From: Ureaplasma sp.
GTDB lineage: Bacteria > Bacillota_I > Bacilli_A > Mycoplasmatales > Mycoplasmoidaceae
Reading direction: 5' to 3'
Length of the DNA: 64,000 nt
NCBI GenBank assembly: GCA_050872725.1
Contig: JBNMHK010000001.1
Location: forward strand, 44,850-108,849
Part shown: in pieces, positions 35,784-49,984 of the stretch
Layout: every line of letters starts with the position of its first letter
Numbering within the stretch: position 1 is the first letter of the stretch
The notes under the pieces: model-generated
Databases searched by the model: none
Told to the model about the DNA's origin: nothing
Seen by the model: the letters and a program-made list of their open reading frames with translations, nothing else
Made by a program: the position numbers and the translations under genes

Positions 35784-35859
35784 TGGTGGTTTCGGGCAGA
35801 ATTGAACTGCCGACACTCGCATTTTCAGTGCGATGCTCTACCGACTGAGCTACGAAACC
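35784..35859 (-). tRNA. tRNA-Phe(GAA)
   Basis: Loop CTGAAAA, CCA. Confidence 0.95.
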
Positions 35860-35860
35860 A

Positions 35861-35936
35861 TGGCGGTCCTGACGAGAATCAAACTCGCGATCTCCTCTGT
35901 GACAGAGAGGCATGTTAATCACTACACTACAAGACC
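35861..35936 (-). tRNA. tRNA-Asp(GTC)
   Basis: Loop CTGTCAC; D-loop GA and T-loop TTTGA variant. Confidence 0.93.
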
Positions 35937-35939
35937 ATG

Positions 35940-36016
<77 letters not shown>

Positions 36017-36067
36017 ATGTATATGTCACAAGTATATATTATATCAATCTTGTGACAAATTTTAAAA

Positions 36068-36160
36068 TGGCGGAAGATGAGGGATTCGAACCCCCGCGTG
36101 AGTTTCCCCACCTCTCGGTTTTCAAGACCGATCCCTTCAACCAGACTTGGGTAATCTTCC
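36068..36160 (-). tRNA. tRNA-Ser(TGA)
   Basis: Long variable arm, loop CTTGAAA. Confidence 0.95.
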
Positions 36161-36167
36161 AGAATAA

Positions 36168-36244
36168 TGGTGCTTCTTACAGGACTCGAACCTGTAACCA
36201 ACCGATTATGAGTCGGGGGCTCTAACCAATTGAGCTAAAGAAGC
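36168..36244 (-). tRNA. tRNA(CAT), probably Ile2 (lysidine)
   Basis: Anticodon CAT; position matches the conserved Met-Ile2-Ser-fMet-Asp-Phe order. Confidence 0.85.
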
Positions 36245-36249
36245 AATAA

Positions 36250-36326
36250 TGGTGGCTAGACAGGGATTCGAACTCTGGACCTTCCGGGTATGAACCGAAT
36301 GCTCTAACCAACTGAGCTATCTAGCC
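36250..36326 (-). tRNA. Elongator tRNA-Met(CAT)
   Basis: GGC start, loop TTCATAC. Confidence 0.9.
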
Positions 36327-36330
36327 ATAA

Positions 36331-36407
36331 TGGTCGGGAAGACAGGATTCGAACCTGCGACCCCTTGGTCCCAAACCAAGTGCTCTACCAAGCTAAGCTA
36401 CTTCCCG
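36331..36407 (-). tRNA. tRNA-Pro(TGG)
   Basis: CGGGAAG start, loop TTTGGGA. Confidence 0.95.
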
Positions 36408-36410
36408 AAA

Positions 36411-36487
36411 TGGCGCACCCTATAGGAGTCGAACCCATAACCTTCTGGTCCGTAGCCAGACGCTCTATCCAATTGAGCTAAGGATGC
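36411..36487 (-). tRNA. tRNA-Arg(ACG)
   Basis: Loop CTACGGA. Confidence 0.95.
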
Positions 36488-36491
36488 TTAA

Positions 36492-36566
36492 TGGAGGTGC
36501 CGATCAGATTCGAACTGATGAATAAGAAGGTTGCAGCTTCTGACCTTACCACTTGGCTACGGCACC
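36492..36566 (-). tRNA. tRNA-Cys(GCA)
   Basis: Loop CTGCAAC, U discriminator, CCA. Confidence 0.95.
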
Positions 36567-36722
36567 ATGGATGACCTATTTATACAAAAAGTACAAATAA
36601 TGTAGGCGACCACTTAGATATTATAACTAAAAAATTAATTTTGAATATTAACTAATTTCATAAAAAATAAAAACTACCAGAGTGACCTAGTAGTTTCTTT
36701 AAAAAATTAAAGTAAGAAAAAA

Positions 36723-38510
<1,788 letters not shown>

Positions 38511-38584
38511 TCATTACCTCTTCATAATTAAACTTTTAATTATCAATAACAATAAATAGTTATAAATGAGTATAACATATTTTT

Positions 38585-38611
38585 TTAGCACTCATGTATC
38601 TAATGTGCTAA
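38585..38611. promoter_or_regulatory. CIRCE upstream of dnaK
   Basis: TTAGCACTC-N9-ATGTGCTAA. Confidence 0.9.
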
Positions 38612-38653
38612 AAAATAGTTTGGTTGTTATTTAAATTAAATTTTCAAATAAAA

Positions 38654-39766
38654 CTATTTTCGTTCTACCAAATCAATTTGCCCGCCACCTAGACAAACTT
38701 CATTTTGATAAAGTACACAATATTGACCACAAACAATATTTTTTTGTTTTGGATAAAAAACTTGGATTTTATTATTGTCATTACCAATATAAATTTTGAC
38801 ATTTTGCAATTCTTGACGATGACGAAATCTAGCTTTAACATTATTTAAATTTTTAGGTTTGATAATTCAATTAAAATTATTAACCTCTAAATAATTAGAA
38901 GATAAATATTGATCTTCTAATGAATTAGGAGCAACATAAATAATTTTATTTTCAAGGTCTTTTTTACAAACAAAATATCTCTCTTTTTGCCCGCCTAAAT
39001 TTAAACCTTTTCTTTGGCCAATTGTGTAATACATTGTTCCAATGTGTTTACCAATGACATTATTGTTTACAATATCAATAATATCTCCGGGTTGATTGGG
39101 TAAATAATTAGTTAAAAAATTACTAAAATTGCGTTCGCCAATAAAGCAAATTCCTGTTGAGTCTCTCTTGGTTGCATTTGGTAATTTAATCTGTTCACCA
39201 ATTTTCCTAACTTCATTCTTAGTTAAATTTTCTAGAGGAAACAAAACTTTAGATAGTTGCCATTGATTTAATGAACATAAAAAATAAGTTTGATCCTTAT
39301 TTTGGTCTTTGCACAATTTTAAATAACTTATATCATCATGATGTTCAACTTTAGCATAATGACCCATAGCTATATAGTCACAGTCAAATGTATTAATGGC
39401 ATAATTTAAAAAGGCATCAAATTTAATGTATTTGTTGCAAAGTACATCGGGATTTGGTGTACGATTTTTTTTAAATTCATTCAGAAAATAACTAAATACA
39501 TCATCTCAATATTCTTTAATAAATTTTTGATGATATAGTCTAATTCCTAAATGATCAGCTACTTTTTTTGCATCCTCATAGTCTAATTGGGCATCACATT
39601 TATTTTGGTGATTATCATAATTGGTCTCAAAATTAGCTACACTATCCCAATTTTGCATGAATAAACCAATAACTTCATACCCTTGTTGAATTAATAAATA
39701 AGCACTAACTGCACTATCTATTCCACCTGATAGGCCAATAACTACTTTTTTAGACTTGTTTTCCAT
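38654..39766 (-). CDS. mnmA: tRNA 2-thiouridylase MnmA
   Basis: [42 protein letters not shown]. Confidence 0.97.
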
Positions 39767-41195
39767 TTAAACTAAACCTTGATGCAGAATCAATATGAAC
39801 CATCACTAAATCACCTGGCTTAGCATTACCAATAAAATTTACAACTTTTTGTTGTGGACTATAGCCTGTTAAAACATCAGGATTAGTCTTGGATGGGCCC
39901 TCAACTAGAACTTCAATATCTAATCCAATGTATTTTTCATTATTTAATTTTGCATATTTTTTAACTAATTCATTTAAAGTATTTAAACGTGTTTTTTTAG
40001 TTTCTAAACTAGTGTTATCAATTAATTTAGCAGCTGGAGTACCATCTCTTTTAGAGTAAATGAATGTGTAAGCATTATCATATTGTACATTGTTGTACAA
40101 GTTTAATGTGTTATTAAATTGTTCATCACTTTCATTCGGAAAACCAACAATTAAATCAGTGGAAATTGACACATAAGGAATCTGCTTTTTGATGTAATTT
40201 ATGTATTCCAAATAATCAGCAATTTTCATTTTTCGGTTCATTTTTAATAATATATCTTCATCACCAGATTGCACTGGCAAATGAATGAATGGCATAATAT
40301 TTTTATATTTTGTCATCACATCAATAATTTTATTATCTCAATCAAATGGATTAGATGTGGTAAATCTCAACCTTTTAACTCCCGTTTCAGCTACATCCTT
40401 TAACAAATCTCAAAATTTATATTCTTGATTTTTAAAATCACAACCATATGAATTAACATTTTGACCTAACAAAGTTATATCTTTATAACCTTGTTGAATT
40501 AATTCCTTAATTTCTTTAATAATGTCATCTTTCAATCTACTTCTTACTTTTCCTCTAGTGTAAGGGACTATACAATATGTGCAAAATTTGTCACAACCAT
40601 ACATAATGTTCACTCAAGCTTTTATTTTTGAATCACGAGTAGATGGTAAATTTTCTATTACATCTCCCTCTTTATTTCAAATTTCTACAATTGTTTCTTT
40701 GCTTAATATTGCTTGTTCGATAATTTGAGGCAAACGAAAAATATTGTGTGTTCCTAAAATAAAATCAATATGTTCATGGTTAGTTAAGATTCTTTTTACA
40801 ACTACTTCTTCTTGAGACATGCACCCAGCAATACCAAAAATAAAATTTGGATTAGTATATTTAATCTTTTTAAGCATACCAATCTCACCAAAAACTTTTT
40901 CTTCAGCATTTTCTCTCACTGCACAAGTATTTAAAATAACTAGATCGGCTTGATAGATATCATCAACTCATTTGTAACCCAAGAGCTCACAAATTCCTTT
41001 CATTGTTTCTGAATCTCTCAAATTTGATTGACATCCATATGTTCTAATGTGGTAATTTTTATTATTACCAATGTTTACAACATTAGTAGGAATCTCAAAG
41101 GAATCACTAATGATTTGGGCATCATTTAGTCTTTTTCTAGCCTTATTTAAATCAGGCATAAAATACTTATTGAAATCAATTACTCGCTTTTTCAT
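39750..41195 (-). CDS. miaB: tRNA methylthiotransferase MiaB
   Basis: [26 protein letters not shown] (radical SAM), HLPVQSG, C-terminal TRAM; four fragments in one frame. Confidence 0.95.
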
Positions 41196-41249
41196 ATCTC
41201 TATAATAGTAATATTTTAAAATATGTAATGTGCTAAAATATTTTACTAA

Positions 41250-42212
41250 ATGAAAAAATCAATCATTTCTTCAATCATTACAATAAGTTGTGTTAGTGCT
41301 GTTACAGCGGCAGCTGTTTTTCTTCCTGCGGTTGCGGCTAATAATGGATATTCAATCTACACTTTTGACTATACAAAAGCTATTGATAATAGCGATAATT
41401 TCAACCTTCAAACTAATTATATGAATGGAATCAATGTAGGGTTAAAAGAAGCAATTTTGGGAACCACAAAGATTAATAATGGTGACTATGTTTTATACAT
41501 TGGTAGTGAGGCATATGGTAACAACCGTAACTTTTTGTATAAACAAAGTGATATCAACATTTTTCAAAGTGATCCTTCTAGACCACTAGATACAAGCGAT
41601 TTTGGCAACGGATTACAATATTTGAATTCCAACGAATTTAAACAAGAATACAATAAAAAATACAAAACATTACCAACTGTTGTTACATATATTGATTCAC
41701 TAACTCTAAATGATTTCACAGCTAGAGATAATTATGAAAACTTAGTGAAAAGTTACAAAAAATTGCGGATCACTAATGATGGCTTAAAAGATGATGAAGA
41801 AAAGTTAAGTGATGCGCAATTAAAAGAAAATAAGAAAAAGTATGATTGAGCAGTTTCGGCACCAGCATTTAGTTTTGAACCTGGTAAAAGTTATACTGAT
41901 TTACAAGGTAACAAAAAGTATTTTCGTGACTCATACCAATCAGGATTACAATTCAATGAAATCTACAACTTTGTAGTTAATAACTTTATGGGATTGACTG
42001 ATATCTCAAGTTCTAGTGGAATTGTTTTAGGTTATAGAAAAGGATCTTTAGTACCAAGACAATATTCTGGTACATTTAGTGGAGATAATAGTAGTTCATC
42101 TACATCAAGTACATCAGTCAGTATGCTTGCCAGATGAACACCAGCAGCATCATATGATACAGTTTTTGCAAATTGACTAAAACTTGTATTCATTGAAACA
42201 AATGTTAACTAG
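41250..42212 (+). CDS. Hypothetical secreted or membrane-anchored protein, 320 aa
   Basis: N-terminal hydrophobic signal (MKKSIISSIITISCVSAVTAAAVFLP); reads through TGA to TAG 42210-42212. Confidence 0.7.
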
Positions 42213-42214
42213 AA

Positions 42215-42787
42215 ATGTTGAATAATGAATTATTAAAAAAGTGTTTGGAAGACAATATTCCCATTGTTCGAAAGCAAACAAGTGAATTGATATTATCATT
42301 AATTGATAAACACAAATTCAATAGCTTGTTAGAAATCGGTACTGCATATGGTTATAGTTGTAGCTTATGACTTGAAAGTAATCAATTGCAAAAGATTGTA
42401 AGTTTAGAAAAAAATTTTGATAATTATTCAATTGCAAAAAAATATTTAGATGATGAAAGATTAGAGTTAATTAATATTGATGCCTTTGAATATCATCCAA
42501 AGTCTAAGTTTGACATTATCTTCCTTGATGGCCCTAAATCACATCAAGAAATTTTAGTGCAAAAATACTTGAACTATTTAAATGAAAATGGGATAATGGT
42601 TATTGATAATTTATATCTCAAAAAGTTTGATAAACTAGCACTTGACAAACTATCTAAAAACCAACTAAAATTGATTCAAAAAATTGACAAATTTAAACTG
42701 TGATTACAACAAGGTATAGTTGGATATAAATTTACATTGTATGATATTGATGATGGAGTGGGAGTACTAGTTAAAAATGCCAACTAA
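42215..42787 (+). CDS. O-methyltransferase, YrrM/TrmR-like
   Basis: NIPIVR, LEIGTAYGYS, FDIIFLDGPK, IDN, DDGV. Confidence 0.85.
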
Positions 42788-42953
42788 AGAACAAAATAAA
42801 AGGTATAAAAAAACTCAACAAGATAACGAAAATAGCCTTGTTGAAAAACAAGGGAAAAACTTAAAAAATTGACAAAAAATATTAATTATTTTGCTTTTGG
42901 TTGCACTTTGTGTTGCTGCAATATTAGTTCTAATTTATTTAGTTATTAAGTAA
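42777..42953 (+). CDS. Small single-TM protein, 58 aa
   Basis: Fills the gap between the methyltransferase and miaA with overlapping/abutting start and stop; C-terminal hydrophobic helix. Confidence 0.55.
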
Positions 42954-43862
42954 ATGAAAAAATTAATTGTCATTATTGGTCCTACTGCTAGCAAAAAAAC
43001 TACTCTTGCTCATCAACTTGCATTAAATATCAATGGTGAAATCATTAATGGTGATGTATTTCAAATGTATAGAGACATAAATGCAGGAGTTAATAAACCA
43101 AATGAACAACAATTACAAGAAGTTAATTATCATCTACTAAATCAACTAAATGTTCTAGAAAACTATAGCATATTTAATTATCAAAAAGATTTTGAATTAA
43201 CTTATAGAACTATAGATAAAAAAAATAAACCAGTTATTTTGTGTGGTGGTAGTCATTTATATTTAGATGCAATCATCAAAGGATATGATTTATCCAATTC
43301 TGAGATTCAAAAGTATTATGAAATAGTCGATAAATGAAGTGACAATAAATTAATAGAGTATTTACAAAAATATGATCCTATTAGTTTACAAAAAACACTT
43401 AATAATTTTCACCGCATGAAAAGAGCTGTTGCTTATTTAAAAGCAAACAATAATCAACCTAAACAAGAATTAGAAAAACAAAATAATAAACCCAAATACA
43501 ATACATTGGTTATTATGACTTATAAATCTAGAGAAGAATTGTACAATGATATAAACAATAGATTTGATAGTTTCTTTAAAAATAATTCTTGAATTCATGA
43601 AGTAAAAGAATTAATCAATCAATATGGCGAAAATATAATTGATACTCAAGCGTTCAAGGCAATTGGATACCGTGAAATTGCACAACATTTAATTAATAAA
43701 TGTTCATTAGATCTAGAAAAAATCAAAACTAAAACTCGGCACCTAGCTAAACATCAACTAACTTGATGTAATAATAAATTCAATAATAAAATCATGTTTA
43801 ACTATGAAAATGATAATTTTGAAGAATTACTTACTAAAGTAAAAGAATTTCTTTATGACTAA
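42954..43862 (+). CDS. miaA: tRNA dimethylallyltransferase MiaA
   Basis: IIGPTASKKT, IINGDVFQMY, CGGSHLY, KAIGYRE, TRHLAKHQLTW. Confidence 0.93.
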
Positions 43863-44904
43863 ACATCTATATATTCATATTCCTTTTTGTAATCAGATTT
43901 GTAGTTTCTGTGACTTCAAACGTATCAAAACTAATGAAAATGAAATTATGAATAATTATGTTGACAAAATTATTAGACATGTCAAGTATACTAGCAAATA
44001 TAAACAATATAAAACAATTTATTTAGGTGGTGGTACCCCTAATCATTTACCTAATAATGTTTTAGAAAAATTACTTTTAAATTTACAAATGTATTTAGAT
44101 GATGATTATGAATTTAGTATTGAGTGTAATCCTGATTTAATTACTGATGAACAAGTAGTAATTTTTAAAAAATGTGGAATCAATCGAGTGTCACTAGGTG
44201 TACAAACTACTAATGATTTTATTCTTAAAAAAATGCATCGTACACACACAATAAATGATGTTGTCAATGCAATAAAAAAATTACAACATGTTGAAATTAT
44301 GAATATTAATTGTGATTTTATATATGATTTGCCAGGAGTAACAATTGAAGACATAATTACATCAGTAAATTTTATTAAAAATCACAATATCCCTCATGCA
44401 TCATTCTATGCTTTAGAAATTAAAACTAATGCAATCTTAAATAAACAAAATTATGTTTTAGATGTTGAAAATCAAGAAGATAAGATGTTGTTTCTACAAA
44501 AAATCTTAAAGGATTATGGATATCAACGTTATGAAGTTTCCAATTGAGTTTTAAATAAAAGAGATGTGTGTCAACATAATTTAGCATATTGATTATCTCA
44601 TGATTGGAAAGCAATTGGTTATGGTGGGTGTGGATTTGAGAATCAAAATAGGTATGAAATTTTAGGTAATATAAATAATTTTTATGTTAGTAAATGTGAA
44701 AAATTATCACAATTAGATTACTATTTTCAAATTCTAATGATGGGATTAAGATTAAGTGATGGATTAGATCTAAACCAGGATATTTACTATCAAGCATTTA
44801 ATTTTTATAAAGATAAACTAATCAATTACAAAATTGATGATAACAATTATTTAAAAGCAAATAATATTGACTTATTAGATGATATCTTAGTCAAATTAAT
44901 TTAG
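43855..44904 (+). CDS. hemW: Radical SAM heme chaperone HemW (HemN-like)
   Basis: HLYIHIPFCNQICSFCDF, GGGTP, YEVSN, HNLAYW. Confidence 0.9.
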
Positions 44905-45573
44905 TTTTAGATGCAAGAAATCTAATATTTTTTGACAACACTCATCAATTGATAAATTATCTGTACTAATCAAGATTGCATCTTGAGCTTGTTGTAATGC
45001 ACCAATTGATCTACTTTTATCAAGTGTGTCACGTTTATGAATTTCTTGTTCCAAATTTTGTAAAGAAATTCCTGGTTTATTTAATTGTAAATATCTCCGT
45101 CTAGCACGTTCATGGATTGATGCATCCAAATAAATTTTTAGAGTTGCATTTGGTAAGACCACTGTCCCAATATCACGGCCATCCATAATTACATTATGAT
45201 TACTAGCTATTTTTTGTTGGTCAGAAACTAATTTTTTTCTTACATCTTCAAATGTTGAAATTTTAGAAGTGAGTTTGGCAATCTCTTCGTTGTAAATAAA
45301 TGGTGTAGCATCAATGCTTTTACCATCAAATTCTAAATACACATTATCGTTAATCAAATTAATACAAATTTTATTCAAAACTGATTGTCTAGCAACTGGG
45401 CTATCAATATTAATGTTATTGATTTTAAAAAAATATGCTAAAGCCCGATACATTGCACCTGTATTTATATAAACAAAATCTTGCAAATACTTTTTTTGTA
45501 GTTGTTTAGCAACTGTAGACTTACCACTGCCAGCTGGACCATCGATTGCAATTCAAATTAATTTATCTGTCAT
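44896..45573 (-). CDS. cmk: Cytidylate kinase
   Basis: IAIDGPAGSGKST, NTGAMYR, MDGRDIGTVVLP. Confidence 0.97.
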
Positions 45574-45630
45574 AATAAGATATTATAATTACATTATCAT
45601 ATTTTGAATTAAAGTGATTTGGGCAAAATT

Positions 45631-45888
45631 ATGGGAACAAGAGCAACAGTTAATGCTAAAGATTGCATTGCATGTAATACATGTGCAAGTGTTTGCCCTG
45701 TAGATGCTATTGAAGTTAGAGAAGAAGGTTTTGCATTTGCTAATGATAAATGTATTTCATGTGGTGCATGTTGCTTAGTTTGTCCAACTCAGTGCATTAG
45801 TATTGAATCATTAAAAGATTGGTATGAAATGGCAAAAAAATATAACGTTAAATCAATTGTAATTGATGAAATTAAAGATGAAAAATAA
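45631..45888 (+). CDS. 2[4Fe-4S] ferredoxin
   Basis: Two CxxCxxCxxxCP motifs. Confidence 0.92.
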   Translation: MGTRATVNAKDCIACNTCASVCPVDAIEVREEGFAFANDKCISCGACCLVCPTQCISIESLKDWYEMAKKYNVKSIVIDEIKDEK

Positions 45889-46708
45889 TAATCCTGTTAT
45901 TGAGTTTAAAGATATTCATTTTAGTTACAGTAAAAACACACCTATTTTAAAAGGTGTTACATTTAATGTTTACCCTAATGAATATGTTTGTATTATTGGG
46001 CATAATGGTTCTGGAAAATCCACAATTTCTAAAATATTAGCAGGATTGTTAAAACCTCAAAAAGGTGAAATTAAATTATTTGGAGAAACCATTTCAGCAA
46101 GTAATGTTAAACATTTAAGAAACAACATTGGAATTGTTTTTCAAAATCCTGATAATCAATTCGTTGGTCTTACTGTGGAAGATGATATTGCATTTGGTCT
46201 AGAGAATAGAAAAGTACCACCAAAAGAGATGCCCAAAATAATTGAATTAGCTGCTCAAGCTATTGGTATTAGAGATTTACTAAAGAAAGAACCCAATGAT
46301 TTATCAGGTGGCCAGAAACAAAAAGTTGCAATCGCAGGGATTTTAGCAATTAATCCTGAAGTAATTATTTTTGATGAATCAACATCAATGTTAGATCCAA
46401 AAGGTAAAAGAGAATTAAAGCAACTAATTTTGGATTTAAAAAACAAAACTAAAAAAACAATTATTAGTATTACTCATGATATGGAAGAAGTCATTAATGC
46501 AGACAAAGTTATTATAATTAATGGTGGTATTGTTCATGCAATGGGTACACCAAAAGATGTATTTTTATATCAAGATCAGTTAGAAAAGTTGAAGCTAGAC
46601 TACCCTTTCATTTTAAAACTAACTAAAGAATTAAAAACTCAAGGTGTAGATGTGATACCAACACTAGATGAAAATGAATTTTTAAAATGATGAAAACAAA
46701 AAAAGTAG
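45878..46708 (+). CDS. ecfA1: ECF transporter ATPase A1
   Basis: GHNGSGKST, FQNPDNQF, LSGGQKQ, DESTSMLDP. Confidence 0.93.
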
Positions 46709-47973
46709 ATAGAGATATTTACACAAACCCACATGTTGCTATTAAAATTGAGCATTTATTTTGTGTCTACAATGAAGGCAATGAAAATCAATTAGTTAGT
46801 CTATGTGATAACAATTTAGAATTAGAAAAAAATAAAATTCATTTCATCATTGGTAGCTCAGGCTGTGGAAAGTCAACATTAGTTAATCATTTCAATGGTT
46901 TGTTAAAAAGTCGATATGGAAATGTTTTAGTTGACAATAATCATAAAATAGGTAATGATTTTTTTTTAAATGATTATTTAATAGGTGTATTGAAACAAAA
47001 TAAAAATGATTTTGAAAATTTTTTTCATAAACAACATTTATATAGTAATCAATCTGGTTACTATGTGGCATTTAGACAAAAATTACCAAAATCATTAATC
47101 AAAATCATTTTTGAAGCTTATTACAAAATCAAGATTAAAAAAGTTATAACCTTAGTACCAAAACATAAAACTAATGTTAAATACTATTTTTTAATTCCCA
47201 ATATTGATGAGTACAAAATAGATGTTTTGGACTCTATTAATTTAAATGATATAAAAGATGATCAAATATCAAATAATGATAATTGACTAATGTTGCTTTG
47301 AAAAAAATATAGAAAAATTAAAAAGATTAAAAAGATTAAAAATTTAAAGAAAACGGTTGGTGTTGTTTTTCAATTCCCAGAATATCAATTGTTCAAAGAT
47401 ACTGTATTGAAAGATGTAATGTTTGGTCCGGTAACATTAGGAGTTGATAAGGAAGAAGCAAAAACAAAATCAATTGATTATCTTAATGAATTAGGAATCA
47501 ATAATAGTTTTTTAGACAGAAGTCCATTTGATATGTCTGGTGGACAAAAAAGAAGAGTGGCAATTGCAGGGATTTTAGCATTTGACCCAAATGTTCTTGT
47601 TTTTGATGAACCAACAGCAGGATTAGACCCATTTGGTGAACAAGAAATTTTGAAAATTATTCAAAAAGCAAAAGATGATGGCAAAACAGTAATTGTTATT
47701 AGTCATAACATGGATCATGTTTTACAAAAAGCTGATAATGTCATTGTTATGAATGATGGAGAAATAATTCAAATAGGCTCACCATATGAAATTTTTACTA
47801 GCAATAAAATACTAGAATTAACTTCAATTGATAAACCAAAAATAATTAGTATTATTCAGGGTTTGATAAAGCAAAATCATAAATTTAACAAGCTTTGAAA
47901 TTATAAACCTAGAACGGTGGAAGAGTTAAGTTTAGCAATAGCTGAAATTGTAAAAAGTGAGAATATAATTTAA
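46687..47973 (+). CDS. ecfA2: ECF transporter ATPase A2 with large insertion
   Basis: GSSGCGKST, FQFPEYQLF, MSGGQKRR, DEPTAGLDP; one frame via TGA. Confidence 0.9.
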
Positions 47974-47979
47974 GAAATT

Positions 47980-49251
47980 ATGCAAATTGGATTTACACAT
48001 AATAACTCTGTGGTACATCGACTAAATCCTTCATTAAAATTTATTGCTTTTGTGGTGATAATTGTAATGATTTTTTTACCATTGGGGTTTTTTGCACAAT
48101 TAATTATTGGTATTTTATTAATTACTCTTTATATTGCATCTAAACTATCATTTAAGAAATTTTGAAATATTTTAAAATCAGTTATTTTTTTATTTTTAAT
48201 TTTATTGTTAATTAATTGAGTAATTTACAAAGCGCCAATTGCTATTTATGTCCCTAATGGATATTTCAAAATTAGTATTGGAAATACTAATTTATTTCAT
48301 TTTCAAGGACTAAATCCAGTTGATACATTTAATGACAGTAATAAAATTGGAACAAGCTATGTTTCTTCATTAATTGGTGGGAACATTATTGGATATCTAA
48401 ATCCAATTGATGGTTTTACCATTAATGGTCAAAAATTAACAATTGATAATGTTTTGCAATCAACATCTAATTACTCACTTGATGATGCAGTACGACTATT
48501 TAATTCTTTATCAGCAAATGCACAACAACAAGTTTTATCAATTTGTAATGGTAATTTAGGATTAGCTCAAAATTATAATTGAATTCTTAATAATGGATTT
48601 GTTTATATGAATCAAAAATATGTGATTCAAGTTTTGTCCAATACTAGTAATGGAATTGCCAATATTCATAGTGCAGTGATATACCAAAGCAATTGGTATA
48701 CATTATCACCTCGTGCATTTCAATTAGCACTTTATGTAGCAATTAAAGTATTGTTAATGATTTTAGCAGCAACAATTTTAACCTCTACAACATCATCGAT
48801 TGAATTAGCATATGCATTAGAAGACATCCTAAGTCCATTGAAAATTTTTAGATTTCCTGTTGTTGAAGCATCAATGATGATAGCAATTGCACTAAGATTT
48901 GTACCATCATTGTTATCAGAATCACAACGGATTTTGAATGCACAATCATCAAGAGGAATCGACTTCAAAAATGGAACTATTAAAGATAAATTTAAATCAA
49001 TGGCTAGTTTAGTTGTTCCATTATTTAACATTGCATTTATTAAATCAGGAGAATTGGCAAATGCAATGGAGGCACGTGCTTATAGTACAAGACATGCAAG
49101 AACAAGATATAGATCATTTAAACTTAGATTTTTAGATTGGTTTAGCTATGGAGTACTTTGTCTAATTACAGGATTTTTGATTGGTATCATGATTAAGCCA
49201 TTGTTATTTACACCATTTGGATTGTTTGAATTGGGAATTTTACTTGGTTAA
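47980..49251 (+). CDS. ecfT: ECF transmembrane component T
   Basis: VHRLNP, IALRFVP, AQSSRG, AMEARAY. Confidence 0.9.
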
Positions 49252-49252
49252 A

Positions 49253-49984
49253 ATGAATTACAAATTAATTATTAGCTATAAAGGAACTAATTATTCGGGT
49301 TTTGCAAAACAAGTTGGTGTTAACACAATTGAACAAACAATAATTGATACCATAAATAATTTGTTTCAAATTAATGTGAAATTGTTCGCATCTGGAAGGA
49401 CCGATAAATATGTCCATGCATGTGGTCAAGTAGTCAACATTAAACATGATAATTTAGGATTTGAACCACAAATCATTTTAAAAGCATTAAATGCAAAATT
49501 ACCAAGTGATATTAGGGTTTTAGAATGTGAACAGGTTGATAATAAATTTCATGCCCGCTTCAATGCAAAACATAAAACTTACCAATATTTAATTAATCTC
49601 AATTCACAATTTAACATTTTTGAACAAGAAATTGTGTATCAATACAATAAAGATGTTGATTTAAAAAAACTAGATGTTTTTTTAAATTTGATTAAGGGAC
49701 AGCATAATTTTCTGTCATTTTCCACATCTGAATTAGAAAATACTACTAGAGAAATATTTGCCACTAATTATGAAATAAAAGATGAAATTTTAAAAATTAC
49801 TATTACAGGAAATGGATTTTTAAGAAATATGGTTAGGATGCTCATCGGAGCATTTCTAGATTATAACGAAAACAAAATTGACATAAATCATCTCAACAAA
49901 ATGTTTTTAGAACCTAAAAAAGGTGCTGCAATTAGAAAAGTGCCAGGAGGTGGACTATACCTAATGAGCGTTACTTATGTTTAA
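49253..49984 (+). CDS. truA: tRNA pseudouridine synthase A
   Basis: SYKGTNYSGF, SGRTDKYVHA, FHARF, GFLRNMVR. Confidence 0.95.
   Translation: MNYKLIISYKGTNYSGFAKQVGVNTIEQTIIDTINNLFQINVKLFASGRTDKYVHACGQVVNIKHDNLGFEPQIILKALNAKLPSDIRVLECEQVDNKFHARFNAKHKTYQYLINLNSQFNIFEQEIVYQYNKDVDLKKLDVFLNLIKGQHNFLSFSTSELENTTREIFATNYEIKDEILKITITGNGFLRNMVRMLIGAFLDYNENKIDINHLNKMFLEPKKGAAIRKVPGGGLYLMSVTYV

Noticed and set aside
41228-41236. CIRCE-like half site ATGTGCTAA between miaB and the secreted protein
   Set aside because: No matching left arm at the 9-nt spacing; more likely part of an extended -10 element.
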